Part shown: positions 9,933 to 19,358 of the stretch, in pieces
Layout of the letters: each line of letters starts with the position of its first letter
Numbering within the stretch: the first letter of the stretch is position 1
DNA from: Escherichia phage chee24
Sequence record: NC_047885.1
Length of the DNA: 64,000 nucleotides
Strand: one strand, 5' to 3'
Position numbers and translations under genes: made by a program
The notes under the pieces: generated by a model
Told to the model about the DNA's origin: nothing
Seen by the model: only the letters and a program-made list of their open reading frames with translations
The model's database searches: none

Positions 9933-10261
9933 AGATTTTTGTGACTTCGATTGGAGGGTGTGTGATTGTATGGGTTTGAGGAGAAGGTGAGAGAGCGAGA
10001 GAAATTTTGGTACTAGAAGGGTGTGGGCGCAGGATTGGTGCGGAGCACCTGATTTGCGGGGATTTTGGGGAAGATGTAAGATAATTTGGGAAGATTTGAG
10101 ATAGGTGCAGAAAAAGTGAAATTTTATTAGCAAAATGGGGCAAAATAGCTTGACAAGTGAAAATTCCTGTGGCTCTAAAAACTCAGGCAATCATGGGCCT
10201 TCGGCCCGAAATAATGCTGCTATTTTCAGGGGAGTAAAAGTTCCTAAAAACTTAGGCGTTT

Positions 10262-10310
10262 GTGCAAATCCGACCATAAATTTCTAGAAATGCAGTGTGC
10301 AAATCCGACA
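10262..10310. repeat. two further copies of the GTGCAAATCCGAC iteron
   Basis: Copies at 10262 and 10297, each followed by a TTCTAGAAA or TTCTGGAAA palindrome-like motif. Confidence 0.7.
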
Positions 10311-10339
10311 GTAATTTCTGGAAATGTGTTTTCAAAAAA

Positions 10340-10440
10340 TGTCTTCTAGAAATAACCGCCCTCCCTATAACCGCCCTGTATTAACCGCCTAGTATATGTT
10401 CCTAGAAACTTAGGAGAACCGCCCACTAGAAGTGTGATAT
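10340..10440. repeat. AACCGCC short direct repeats (four copies) interleaved with TTCTAGAA-type palindromes
   Basis: ATAACCGCC, ATAACCGCC, TTAACCGCC, GAACCGCC seen within 100 bp. Confidence 0.55.
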
Positions 10441-10787
10441 TTCGTGAGAACTCTGGAGTTTCTAGGAAAGTGTTATGCCATCCTAGCAGATGAGCGACAA
10501 CAGGTGTATCATCTTGAATGTAAATTATGTGGACAAAAGTTTTACCTTTTATTTAAATAAAAGATCCCCCAATCTCGTAAGTCTGCTGCTCTAGGCGTTC
10601 AAGATCTGTATGCTAATCCCGTGAAAACTGCTGCAGAATACATCCTAACGCCAGGGGCGCTGGTGTACTCTTCGAGTTGGGATAGCAATAATCTTGTTGC
10701 CTAGAGCTAAAAACAGAAGTTGTTTTTAATCTATGAGATTATTATAACATGTGCCTTAATGAGTTGTCAAGAAGATTTTGTTAACGT

Positions 10788-11519
10788 TTATTCCTTCCGC
10801 TTGTATTTGAGAACGATACCCTTCGAGACCATGAAGAGGAAAGTTGCAAGATAGGAATGTGGGGATTTTAGCGCATCATAATCTACAGTTCCGAAAGAAC
10901 CTTCGCCAAATACCTCAGAGTTCTCAAATGTAGGAAGTAAACGTGCCAATCCTACAGCTCCTATAATCTTAAAGAATTGATCCCAGTCATTTAACATTGC
11001 TTTATGTGCAGACTGTAAGATTAATGGCATCTCTAGGTTCTTTTCGAGACATAGATGAACCTGCGCAATCGTAGAAGCAATCCCTAGCAACACTTCATCT
11101 TTTGTATAAGGGAATCCAGTATCTTTTCTTTGGAGTCTAGGAAGATGATCATATTCACAACGTTTAGGTGGGATGAACTTTTCCTCGGGATATAATTCTA
11201 ATGCAACTCTAACGTTTCCTTCTTTAAATACTGGAAGTTCCTGATCTGCAAAGACATGATATGAATCTGCCTTGAACCCTACAATCTTATCACCAACAGA
11301 ATTGATGATCTTTCTCATTGCAATATAAGAAGGGGATAGAGTTACGAATTTTTCTTCTTTATTATATTTAACAATTCCAGCTTCTGTATAAGCTGCGGGA
11401 TGAAACTCAGAACAGAATGCTACTGCATGAGCTTCATCAGGAGTTAGTTCAGAAACACATTTGCCGTCAGCATTCTTAGCCAGCTTAATAATAGTCTTTA
11501 AATTCTCACTAATACTCAT
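10788..11519 (-). CDS. hypothetical early protein (243 aa)
   Basis: ORF; first in a run of tightly packed leftward ORFs. Confidence 0.6.
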   Translation of the reverse strand: MSISENLKTIIKLAKNADGKCVSELTPDEAHAVAFCSEFHPAAYTEAGIVKYNKEEKFVTLSPSYIAMRKIINSVGDKIVGFKADSYHVFADQELPVFKEGNVRVALELYPEEKFIPPKRCEYDHLPRLQRKDTGFPYTKDEVLLGIASTIAQVHLCLEKNLEMPLILQSAHKAMLNDWDQFFKIIGAVGLARLLPTFENSEVFGEGSFGTVDYDALKSPHSYLATFLFMVSKGIVLKYKRKE

Positions 11520-11875
11520 ATATCGCTCGCTTGTTCTTCTAATGGGTTGGTAGGGGAGGTTTTCTTCTGTTGACTAGGTTTCTTAATTGTACTTGGCTGT
11601 TTACCTCTAGAAGTTTCAGCGTTATAAACATCTGCACCTCTGTTTCTAAGAACACTAGCAATCCCTGCTAGTGTTGGCCAAGCATATTCTGGCATTTCAA
11701 CAATCTGAGAAACAATATCTTCCATAACTAGATCTTCTGTAAATACAATATATTGAGGCCAATCTATATCTATCTCATCCTCTTTCCAATATTTATTAAG
11801 CGTCCAGCCATTTTCAGAGAATCTCTCTATTTTGAACTTTCCTTCTTTAATATAGCTTGTTAACTTTTTATTCAT
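11516..11875 (-). CDS. hypothetical protein (119 aa)
   Basis: ORF overlapping neighbours by 1-4 nt (operon-like). Confidence 0.55.
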   Translation of the reverse strand: MNKKLTSYIKEGKFKIERFSENGWTLNKYWKEDEIDIDWPQYIVFTEDLVMEDIVSQIVEMPEYAWPTLAGIASVLRNRGADVYNAETSRGKQPSTIKKPSQQKKTSPTNPLEEQASDI

Positions 11876-12489
11876 TAACTACCTCTCTTATTCTCGTCAA
11901 TAACAGCTCCCAATGCCTCCATAATAGTATCTTCTAAGCTTCCATGTTTACTAGGATTATTAAAATGAATAGTATAAACAGAGTTCCTAGAAACTCCAGC
12001 ATCCGCAGGTGCTACGCTTCGCATATCAGATTCAAAAGCTTCTTGGGTATGTTGCAGCTGTACAGAAGGGCCGTAATCTTCACCAAACTTATATGACTTC
12101 GTACTACTTACCACACCCCCACAAGGAACATTGTGCATATCCGACATTAATCTTTTATCGGAGTTATTCAGCATTGAGATTGTCCCTGACTGCCACGGAT
12201 CTCTAATAGTCACTGGAGTACTAGGGCGGTTCACCTCAGTCTTCACAAGTTTGTATCCTGCATCGATCAGTGCATTAATCAGGTTATCCGCCGGGATGCG
12301 AGCCGTACCAAAAATCTTACGAGCGTCCTCGAGCTTACCTTCAAGATCTTTACATGCTCTAAGGTCAGTGTGTGCAAATGTTAGCTTCATAGATTTGAAT
12401 TGTACAGTAGCAGTCAAATCTTTAAAGCTATAATCCCATGTGTTCAGTTCATGGTCTGGTACTACTTGAATAGGTTGTTGTGTAAACAT
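11875..12489 (-). CDS. hypothetical protein (204 aa)
   Basis: ORF in leftward operon. Confidence 0.6.
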   Translation of the reverse strand: MFTQQPIQVVPDHELNTWDYSFKDLTATVQFKSMKLTFAHTDLRACKDLEGKLEDARKIFGTARIPADNLINALIDAGYKLVKTEVNRPSTPVTIRDPWQSGTISMLNNSDKRLMSDMHNVPCGGVVSSTKSYKFGEDYGPSVQLQHTQEAFESDMRSVAPADAGVSRNSVYTIHFNNPSKHGSLEDTIMEALGAVIDENKRGS

Positions 12490-12674
12490 TATTTATTCTC
12501 CAGTTTGTCTAATAGTTTATGGGCTGCTAGGTTATATTGCTCAAGTTCACGATTAAGGATTTGGTTTTCACACTTTAGCTCTAGATTCTTATTATTAAGA
12601 ATATTGCAGATCAGTAGAAGTGCTAATATAACTAGCAAGGAACCTACGAGCATTAAAATAAAAAGAGTTTCCAT
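12489..12674 (-). CDS. small membrane protein (61 aa)
   Basis: ORF with N-terminal hydrophobic helix. Confidence 0.45.
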   Translation of the reverse strand: METLFILMLVGSLLVILALLLICNILNNKNLELKCENQILNRELEQYNLAAHKLLDKLENK

Positions 12675-12907
12675 TATTTAATTCCCATATAACGTTTGAG
12701 ATATATGATGAAGTCTTCTGCTGTATGCTCTACGCTACCTTGAGCTACAAATAGCTTGAGGGCTTCACGTTGTAGTTTAAGAGCAGCCAACTCACCACGT
12801 AATTTTATTAGATCTTCTGCTAGTTCTCTAGCTCTACGCATAATAGCAAAAGATACAAGTACTACGATGAATAACATAACTACTAAAATAATTGCTATGA
12901 TTTCCAT
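12674..12907 (-). CDS. small membrane protein (77 aa)
   Basis: ORF with N-terminal hydrophobic helix. Confidence 0.45.
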   Translation of the reverse strand: MEIIAIILVVMLFIVVLVSFAIMRRARELAEDLIKLRGELAALKLQREALKLFVAQGSVEHTAEDFIIYLKRYMGIK

Positions 12908-13185
12908 ATTAACATCCAGCTTTTATCACACATTTGGGCATGATCTATCAGTTCATTCATTGATGTATTGTTATCATAAATGCACTCTAGTATATACCTT
13001 CTGTCAAATTCGTCAACCAAATATTCTACATTATTTATTACTACTTTATACAGATCTGGGACTAGAGAGCATGTATTTGGTATTGGTCGACTGCTTAAGT
13101 CTATTTCATTATAGCCCCATGTTGTTTTAAATAGTTTGTTACTAAGTGCTGCTAATGGATTTGACCATATAATATAGCTACTCAC
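12895..13185 (-). CDS. hypothetical protein (96 aa)
   Basis: ORF in leftward operon. Confidence 0.45.
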   Translation of the reverse strand: MSSYIIWSNPLAALSNKLFKTTWGYNEIDLSSRPIPNTCSLVPDLYKVVINNVEYLVDEFDRRYILECIYDNNTSMNELIDHAQMCDKSWMLIWKS

Positions 13186-13726
13186 TACTTATCTCCATTC
13201 TTAGCTTTGAAAACTTATTATACCAAACTATGTGATTATCGTCAATTACAAATTTATGGTAACATGCTGGTACGGTATAAGTTCCATAATCCGTGACACG
13301 CTGCACAACCTTGTGTGCACACAGTCGACAACCATGACCTTCTAAATGAGATCTAGCAGTTTGCCAGTAATAACCATTATGGTCTGGACAATAGATCTCG
13401 ACTTGCTGTTGCATTGTCTTATAATTTACACGCTCATACCCGAAGAAAGCTCCATGAGCTGCAACAGCTTTCTTGATAAATATAAGGTTTAGCGCTTCTT
13501 GCTGGAAGTCGGGATGTAGTTGCTTAATCTTAGTTCTATTAATAGACCCATCCGATTTTACGAATCTATTTATAGGGAAGTTGTTAGCTTCCTCGATTAA
13601 TAATTCATTTACTTTTTCTCTCATACTAAATAGTCTCACAGCTAAGGTGGAAACATTCGTAAGCATCTCCAGTAAACTCTTTATCTTGTAGTATACACTT
13701 AGCCTGGTCTTCCGGTACTCCAACAT
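13178..13726 (-). CDS. hypothetical protein with Cys/His cluster (possible HNH-type nuclease fold)
   Basis: 182 aa; CPDHNGYYW ... GHGCRLCAHK Cys/His motifs. Confidence 0.45.
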   Translation of the reverse strand: MLEYRKTRLSVYYKIKSLLEMLTNVSTLAVRLFSMREKVNELLIEEANNFPINRFVKSDGSINRTKIKQLHPDFQQEALNLIFIKKAVAAHGAFFGYERVNYKTMQQQVEIYCPDHNGYYWQTARSHLEGHGCRLCAHKVVQRVTDYGTYTVPACYHKFVIDDNHIVWYNKFSKLRMEISSE

Positions 13727-13850
13727 CTAATAATTGTTGTTTACTTGGCTTTTCAGCGAATACTTTTACAAAATACTCACCATCCTGATTATACTCATTT
13801 ATATCTCTAGTAAGAACATACACTTGCATTTGAAGTTCCTTGAAACACAA
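13626..13850 (-). CDS. hypothetical protein (74 aa)
   Basis: ORF; overlaps upstream gene end. Confidence 0.4.
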   Translation of the reverse strand: MCFKELQMQVYVLTRDINEYNQDGEYFVKVFAEKPSKQQLLDVGVPEDQAKCILQDKEFTGDAYECFHLSCETI

Positions 13851-13883
13851 AAGGCCAGAACAATTAAGTCCTGGCCTCTAGAA

Positions 13884-14255
13884 TTAATGAAGTTGTTTAC
13901 CACTTCTTAACATAGTGGCCGTTTCCATAAGACCTAGCGTAGCATCACGCTTATTGATCTGTTTACCAAGTTCATCAGTACGTTTACTGATGTAAGCATT
14001 AATAGCCATATTCATAGCTGTAGCGAGATCTTCTTTGGTTATCTCTTCATCGTCTAAAGCTAATTTAGCCAAAGAATCAAATGTGTTAGAGAGTCCTATA
14101 AGATCTGAGGTTTCTCCAGCCAAAATAGGATTAATATTATCTACTGTTACTTCTAGCATGGAGTTGACAATATCTTCACCGTCTATTAGACCAGTTTCAA
14201 TATTACTCTCCCACTCCTTCATCTGCTCCAATAATGGATTTTTCTTTTCTGTCAT
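13884..14255 (-). CDS. hypothetical acidic protein (about 123 aa)
   Basis: Track ORF 13884-14321; internal ATG (MTEKK) preferred because it avoids overlap with 14203-14664; printed text and track differ by one base near 14220. Confidence 0.5.
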   Translation of the reverse strand: MTEKKNPLLEQMKEWESNIETGLIDGEDIVNSMLEVTVDNINPILAGETSDLIGLSNTFDSLAKLALDDEEITKEDLATAMNMAINAYISKRTDELGKQINKRDATLGLMETATMLRSGKQLH

Positions 14256-14664
14256 GGTAGAGGTTTCCTGTGTCAGTCGGTAAGAAGGATGATTGCGTTT
14301 TAGGTGGATGTTGCTTAGCAATCCAGTTAAGAATCAGCACGCGACTAGGAACAATATCGGTGTTATACCAAAAATCGTGAACCCATTGACGAGCGTCTTC
14401 AAACTTACCAAATTTATATGCTTTCTTAAACAATTCAAATCCAAAACAATCTGGTGTAAAGTCTACTTCGCGATATTGAATTACTTTAGAACCAGTTAGG
14501 TCTTGGATCGCTGCATTAATTTCTGTATGTGAGAATTTTGTTTCATGAAACTTATTAAAGAATCGGTAGTTGAAGCGTCCGTTCGTTTCGACAAACAACT
14601 GGATGAAAAGATCGTTAAATTGGTTATCAAACCAGTAATTCTGTAGTTGTTGTAGTGCTGTCAT
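14203..14664 (-). CDS. hypothetical protein (153 aa)
   Basis: ORF in leftward operon. Confidence 0.55.
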   Translation of the reverse strand: MTALQQLQNYWFDNQFNDLFIQLFVETNGRFNYRFFNKFHETKFSHTEINAAIQDLTGSKVIQYREVDFTPDCFGFELFKKAYKFGKFEDARQWVHDFWYNTDIVPSRVLILNWIAKQHPPKTQSSFLPTDTGNLYHDRKEKSIIGADEGVGE

Positions 14665-14861
14665 TTACGAACCCCGTTAATTGCCATAATGATGCCTTCG
14701 TACATAAAAGGAAGTAACCCAGAAGTATAGAATATATTTTCCGTTATTCCTAGATGTCGAAAAAGTATATTAAATAATGCTGTTAGAAATACAATCTGAG
14801 GCAGTAATACAAAATACTCAGTTACAATCTTTGGTGCCTGATAAACAAGACGTTTTACCAT
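14661..14861 (-). CDS. small membrane protein (66 aa)
   Basis: ORF, hydrophobic. Confidence 0.4.
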   Translation of the reverse strand: MVKRLVYQAPKIVTEYFVLLPQIVFLTALFNILFRHLGITENIFYTSGLLPFMYEGIIMAINGVRK

Positions 14862-14960
14862 TGTTTTTAAGTCTCCTTATTACTTTGGCCTGCTCCACAA
14901 TAATGAAAACTGCGAGCACTAATAGTGCTATTAGTCCCGCAGTAACTGGTACTAGATCAA

Positions 14961-15338
14961 TCATGGTAGACGCCATACATAATTAGCTGTCTGTAGAACT
15001 TCGGAAACACCATCATGTTGCATCACTACAGACGTTGGAGAGTAACTATTCGCCAGTTCTGTACGAACCATCTCACGTTCTTCTCCAGTTTCAATATTTT
15101 TAACAACCACCTTCATTTTGAGAGGTGTCAGTTCAGAGAGCGGTTTCCAAGAGTCCTCAATTTCAATTCCTACCTTTTTCTCGATTACCATGAGAACTTC
15201 TAGTGTGTCATCTGGAATACTAATATTATTATTTACAAACTGTAACAGCTCATGCAAAGTATTTAATTCGTTAAAATTAAGTTTCATCTTTAAGAATATC
15301 CTCAACCATATCACAGGACTGTTGCAATTCGTCAGCAA
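14961..15338 (-). CDS. hypothetical protein (125 aa)
   Basis: ORF. Confidence 0.5.
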   Translation of the reverse strand: MLTNCNSPVIWLRIFLKMKLNFNELNTLHELLQFVNNNISIPDDTLEVLMVIEKKVGIEIEDSWKPLSELTPLKMKVVVKNIETGEEREMVRTELANSYSPTSVVMQHDGVSEVLQTANYVWRLP

Positions 15339-15522
15339 TGCGCTTAATATCGGTCTTCGTCACTTTACCGATTAACATCACCAGTAACATAGAAAGTATA
15401 ATAAGTGGGACTGGAATAACAAATAATGCTACCTTAGCTATATTCTTTGGTGTCCATGTGTGATACTTAGTAACTATAACTCCTACCACGATTAGGTAAA
15501 ATGCTAGAATAAACATCATCAT
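15277..15522 (-). CDS. small membrane protein (81 aa)
   Basis: ORF with two hydrophobic helices. Confidence 0.45.
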   Translation of the reverse strand: MMMFILAFYLIVVGVIVTKYHTWTPKNIAKVALFVIPVPLIILSMLLVMLIGKVTKTDIKRIADELQQSCDMVEDILKDET

Positions 15523-15800
15523 TTTTTAATCTCCGTGATTACCTGTGCACGCATTACTTTAGCAGGTAATTTATTATTCCCGACTATTGCTTCTATACTA
15601 TTTAGTTTTTTCTTAAGAATATCCGAGCGTCTTTGTGCTAATTCAATATCTTGCTCTTGCTCTAGTAAGCGGTGGTGTAGTCCATCATTAGTAATAAGCA
15701 TGCTTTCCATGTTTTTTCGTGCGTTTACAATCCCAATAACTCCACCAATCGCTACTAGCGTAGTAAGAATTAGTAACCCAATAAGAATTTCAATCAACAT
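15519..15800 (-). CDS. small membrane protein (93 aa)
   Basis: ORF with N-terminal TM helix then charged region. Confidence 0.45.
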   Translation of the reverse strand: MLIEILIGLLILTTLVAIGGVIGIVNARKNMESMLITNDGLHHRLLEQEQDIELAQRRSDILKKKLNSIEAIVGNNKLPAKVMRAQVITEIKK

Positions 15801-15963
15801 TAAATATCCTTACATTTTTCATTGTTTGGAACTAGGTTACATAACTCCACATTTAACTCGTGGATAGAATTGTCTAGTTCTGCTAAACGTGTGTGAAGAG
15901 AAACTATACTATATATTAACACTCCTAAAAGGAGTGACAACATAAAAATGGATAGTCTTTCCA

Positions 15964-16233
15964 TTATTTCTTACCTTTCAGTTGTTTAACTTCACGCTCA
16001 AAAGATGCCGCACGACGTTCGGCAGTTGCCTGATGCTCTTTAGCAAAACGTGCTTCTTGTTTTGCAAGGTTGAATGCCATAGCATTCTTGTTAAGAGAAT
16101 CGTACATCTTTTTCATTGCCGGAATAGACATCTTCATGAGCTGTCCTTCAAAACCCTGCATATCGAGGAGAATTGCCAGAACGTTAGCCATTTCATTTTT
16201 AGTCATGTTTTCCATTAGAATTTCCTCTCTCAT
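15964..16233 (-). CDS. hypothetical protein (89 aa)
   Basis: ORF preceded by T5-type promoter at 16248-16276. Confidence 0.5.
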   Translation of the reverse strand: MREEILMENMTKNEMANVLAILLDMQGFEGQLMKMSIPAMKKMYDSLNKNAMAFNLAKQEARFAKEHQATAERRAASFEREVKQLKGKK

Positions 16234-16247
16234 TAATTTATGAACTT

Positions 16248-16276
16248 ATTATACAGAATTTTAAGGCTTAAAGCAA
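16248..16276 (-). promoter_or_regulatory. sigma70-type early promoter (-35 TTGCTT, 17-nt spacer, -10 TATAAT)
   Basis: Reverse complement of ATTATA-N17-AAGCAA; A/T-rich upstream tract. Confidence 0.6.
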
Positions 16277-16293
16277 CTGAATTTTTTAATTAT

Positions 16294-16725
16294 TTACCAA
16301 TCGTTAACAACACCAGAGAACTCAGAAGCAAAAACTTTTTCAAATTTTTCTGCAATTTCAGGATGATCTTTACAGATCAACTCAATACATGCTTCTGGAG
16401 TCATTCCTTCGTCTTCAGGATCACCGTAATATTTGTCCCAAAGATCATCAGGGATGATGTGCTCTGCCAAATCTTGGAAAGAGATTAACTGATAACGTTC
16501 TGCTTCCTCGGCGATAAGGATTTCACAAAGATCTTTACCTATATCGCTACGGTAATCAGCAATTAGCAGGGCATTGCAAGCATGACATTCCCAGACCATC
16601 AAACGTTCAGAGATAGGATTAGACTTATCCTGAACGTAAGACTGGAACAAGGTTCGGAAAGTTGCCTTAACTTGTTCAAACTTATCTGCTGCTGCGAAAA
16701 CTAGAGCTTTATCAACTTTGTTCAT
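16294..16725 (-). CDS. hypothetical acidic protein (143 aa)
   Basis: ORF preceded by promoter at 16756-16784. Confidence 0.55.
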   Translation of the reverse strand: MNKVDKALVFAAADKFEQVKATFRTLFQSYVQDKSNPISERLMVWECHACNALLIADYRSDIGKDLCEILIAEEAERYQLISFQDLAEHIIPDDLWDKYYGDPEDEGMTPEACIELICKDHPEIAEKFEKVFASEFSGVVNDW

Positions 16726-16755
16726 TTTGATTCCTTCTCATCAATTTATAAAGTA

Positions 16756-16784
16756 ATTATACAGAAACTTAAGCATTTTAGCAA
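16756..16784 (-). promoter_or_regulatory. sigma70-type early promoter (-35 TTGCTA, -10 TATAAT)
   Basis: ATTATA-N17-TAGCAA on plus strand. Confidence 0.6.
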
Positions 16785-16892
16785 ATAAAACTTTCAATTA
16801 AAATGCCTAACCCTGTACCAACAGCAATACAAATAATTATAAGTATTGCAACTAATTGTACTACTCGTTTAATAATAGCCTCAGCTATATAC

Positions 16893-17414
16893 TTAGACAT
16901 TTAACATCCAGCTAGTTTTACCATGTGAAGTATACTTACCACTCATGATGTCTTCCAGTCGTACTGGTGATTTTGCATACTCAACACAAATGTTAATATA
17001 ACGAGGGTCTCCCATTAACTCAAAGTGAGTATGCCCATGTAAGTTCTTTTTACCCCTCAGCTCCTCTGGATGTACTGGAGCATGGGAAAGCCAAAAGTTT
17101 TTATATTTAACTAGTGATTGTATGTTATCTACAACTCCTACTAAGTCTTTGAAAGATAATCCTTCTCGCTCTAAGTCGTGGTTCCCCAAAACTAATGTAG
17201 TTCTAACATTGCTAAAGAGTTTTTCGAACTTCTCCAAGCCATTTCTAGATACAAATGCATCTCCTAAAATATAAAATACTGTACGCTTATCTTTCATGGA
17301 TGTAATAGTATCCATAATAAATTCATCATGCTCTTCCATAGTAGAGAAGATTGGTCTGAATTTAGTAATATTTGCATGTCCTAAGTGGAGATCACTCCAA
17401 AAGCAAACTTTCAT
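16893..17414 (-). CDS. metallophosphoesterase (calcineurin-like)
   Basis: 173 aa; motifs DLHLGH, GDAF, LGNHD, GHTH. Confidence 0.65.
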   Translation of the reverse strand: MKVCFWSDLHLGHANITKFRPIFSTMEEHDEFIMDTITSMKDKRTVFYILGDAFVSRNGLEKFEKLFSNVRTTLVLGNHDLEREGLSFKDLVGVVDNIQSLVKYKNFWLSHAPVHPEELRGKKNLHGHTHFELMGDPRYINICVEYAKSPVRLEDIMSGKYTSHGKTSWMLNV

Positions 17415-18289
17415 TAAAGAATCCTCTGTATGCCACAGCTATCTTCTCGAAGCGTGGTAAATGTTGTGATTTTCCCAGTTTCATCATTAACTTGCGCAAC
17501 CGTCAACTGCCCGTTGAAAACACCGCCAGTATCTAAGTAAACACGATTTTGGTGTAAAATAGGGTAAGGTACTCCAGTATGTCCATGAAACACAAAGTCT
17601 ACCCCACTAACTGGAGGTACTTCTACCATGTATTTTTCTTTAAACCCAGAATAACGCTGGAAATAGGGGTGTTCCTCACCATTTTTGGACAAATGGAAGC
17701 CTATTTCTTGTACTACATCTCGATCCCATAAATATGGCTCAACATGGTATCCAGGATGGTCATGTGGGTCTTCCTTAGCTGCTTCTACTTGTGCAATAAG
17801 GTTATCCCATACTGGAGTTTCTACTTCGTTACCACATTCTTTGTATGTAAAAGGTACACCACCATGAACAACACCATACTTCTTGCCACGATGCAGCACA
17901 GTCAGAAATACTGGAAGTTTTTCAGCCATGTCTTCGGCAATATTTTTAATGGTATCTGCGTCCAGCTCATTCATAGCCCACATACCACCATTATACATCC
18001 AGTTAGCCCAATCTCCTACAATCATAAACTGGTCATGATTTCCACGAACGCTACAAAAACGTGGATTATATAAGAATTTAGCTAAAACTTGTAGGTTCTG
18101 CGTGCCTCGATCAATTAAGTCACCAACACATACTACGCAATCTTTCTTGCCGTTATAGCCAGCTAATTGTAGGGCATCTTCTAGCAAATCATTGCATCCA
18201 TGAATATCGCCAACAAAGAATAAGTTAACATCATCAGGTACTACTAGTGTTTTATGCACATTAAATTCTTTTTTCATAATTATTCCCAA
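17414..18289 (-). CDS. serine/threonine protein phosphatase-like metallophosphatase
   Basis: 291 aa; motifs GDIHG, GDLIDRG, GNHD typical of PPP-family phosphatases. Confidence 0.7.
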   Translation of the reverse strand: MGIIMKKEFNVHKTLVVPDDVNLFFVGDIHGCNDLLEDALQLAGYNGKKDCVVCVGDLIDRGTQNLQVLAKFLYNPRFCSVRGNHDQFMIVGDWANWMYNGGMWAMNELDADTIKNIAEDMAEKLPVFLTVLHRGKKYGVVHGGVPFTYKECGNEVETPVWDNLIAQVEAAKEDPHDHPGYHVEPYLWDRDVVQEIGFHLSKNGEEHPYFQRYSGFKEKYMVEVPPVSGVDFVFHGHTGVPYPILHQNRVYLDTGGVFNGQLTVAQVNDETGKITTFTTLREDSCGIQRIL

Positions 18290-18525
18290 ATAACATTTAA
18301 AATAGTTGTGCCATATTCATTAGATAGTTGGAGAGTATAACCCTCTTTATAGAGGGTTTTTATAGCTTCATAACTAATTTCGTCACGATTAAGCTGTACA
18401 AAAGAACCTCCAATCTCTACAGAAGATACTATCCTCCGCTTAACCCATCTATACGTTTTCTTTCGGCTCTTAAGGGACGCGGCTCTATTTATCCTAGCTA
18501 AACGTTTTGCTTGTTCCGCTAACAT
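18280..18525 (-). CDS. hypothetical protein (81 aa)
   Basis: ORF. Confidence 0.45.
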   Translation of the reverse strand: MLAEQAKRLARINRAASLKSRKKTYRWVKRRIVSSVEIGGSFVQLNRDEISYEAIKTLYKEGYTLQLSNEYGTTILNVIWE

Positions 18526-18529
18526 TTAA

Positions 18530-18964
18530 TTATCTCCAATGGTTAGTATGTTTTTCAGCCTCTTCATCATTAGGCTCAAATACTACGTGGCAATCTACAG
18601 CTTCCCAAAAGGCTTCACGGATTAAGGAGTTTTTAGCTGAGATATCTAACTCTTCCCACTCCTCCAAAGTCTCTAAGTCTGTATCAACTTCGGTATCACA
18701 GCCAACCAAACCCAGAGACACAACAAGAGTAAGACGATCTTCACGTTCTTCGGGATAAACCTCAGCATACTCCCAAGCAGCTTCTTCAACATAATATTGT
18801 TGTTCCTTTTCTGGAAGTGACTTATACTTTTCCTCTGTAATACCCATCTCAACAGCGCGAGTACCACAAACTACGTTATTATTAATAATTAGATATGCAT
18901 AGTTCATTGGAATACTCCTATTTCTTGTAGTGCGTAGATAGCCCTTAGTATGACTAGAACCCAT
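18530..18964 (-). CDS. hypothetical acidic protein (144 aa)
   Basis: ORF preceded by promoter at 18998-19026. Confidence 0.5.
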   Translation of the reverse strand: MGSSHTKGYLRTTRNRSIPMNYAYLIINNNVVCGTRAVEMGITEEKYKSLPEKEQQYYVEEAAWEYAEVYPEEREDRLTLVVSLGLVGCDTEVDTDLETLEEWEELDISAKNSLIREAFWEAVDCHVVFEPNDEEAEKHTNHWR

Positions 18965-18997
18965 ACGAAGATAGCCTTCTCATCAATTTATACAAAT

Positions 18998-19026
18998 ATT
19001 ATACCAAAATTTTTAGCAAAAAGCAA
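18998..19026 (-). promoter_or_regulatory. sigma70-type early promoter (-35 TTGCTT, -10 TATAAT)
   Basis: ATTATA-N17-AAGCAA on plus strand. Confidence 0.55.
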
Positions 19027-19067
19027 GTAAAATAAAAGCCTGATCCGCTAAGATCAGGCTTGGTTTA

Positions 19068-19358
19068 TTAATCCTCTGGATTATCATCCAGGAAATTTTT
19101 AATAGCTTCGTGCATAGTTTCTTTACGAAGCTGACGTCCAATCAAAATATGATTAGCTTCTACTCGACCATTAGGTAAGCGATCCGCTAGAACTACTACA
19201 GGAACTTGGCGTACGCCAAATTTCTGCATTAATTCTGTATTATCAGTCTCTTTATGGACTTCCAAATTATACTCATTGACTACTTTATCAAATACTGGCT
19301 CAAACATTTTGCAAGGATTGCAAGTAGAACCTTTCAATAGATATACTAATTTACTCAT
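19068..19358 (-). CDS. thioredoxin/glutaredoxin-like protein
   Basis: 96 aa; CxxC redox motif (CNPC); thioredoxin-fold size. Confidence 0.6.
   Translation of the reverse strand: MSKLVYLLKGSTCNPCKMFEPVFDKVVNEYNLEVHKETDNTELMQKFGVRQVPVVVLADRLPNGRVEANHILIGRQLRKETMHEAIKNFLDDNPED

Noticed and set aside
9610-10190. Minus-strand ORFs 9610-10143 and 9885-10190
   Set aside because: They span the iteron and repeat arrays with low-complexity, Pro/Ser-rich translations, so are most likely non-coding.
9710-10310. Possible CRISPR array
   Set aside because: Repeats are only 14 bp with irregular spacing of 12-70 bp and no cas genes; iterons are more consistent.
14215-14225. Apparent frameshift in ORFs 13884-14321 and 14035-14283
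   Set aside because: The printed text shows an extra C here relative to all three overlapping track ORFs; treated as a transcription discrepancy, not a biological frameshift or pseudogene.
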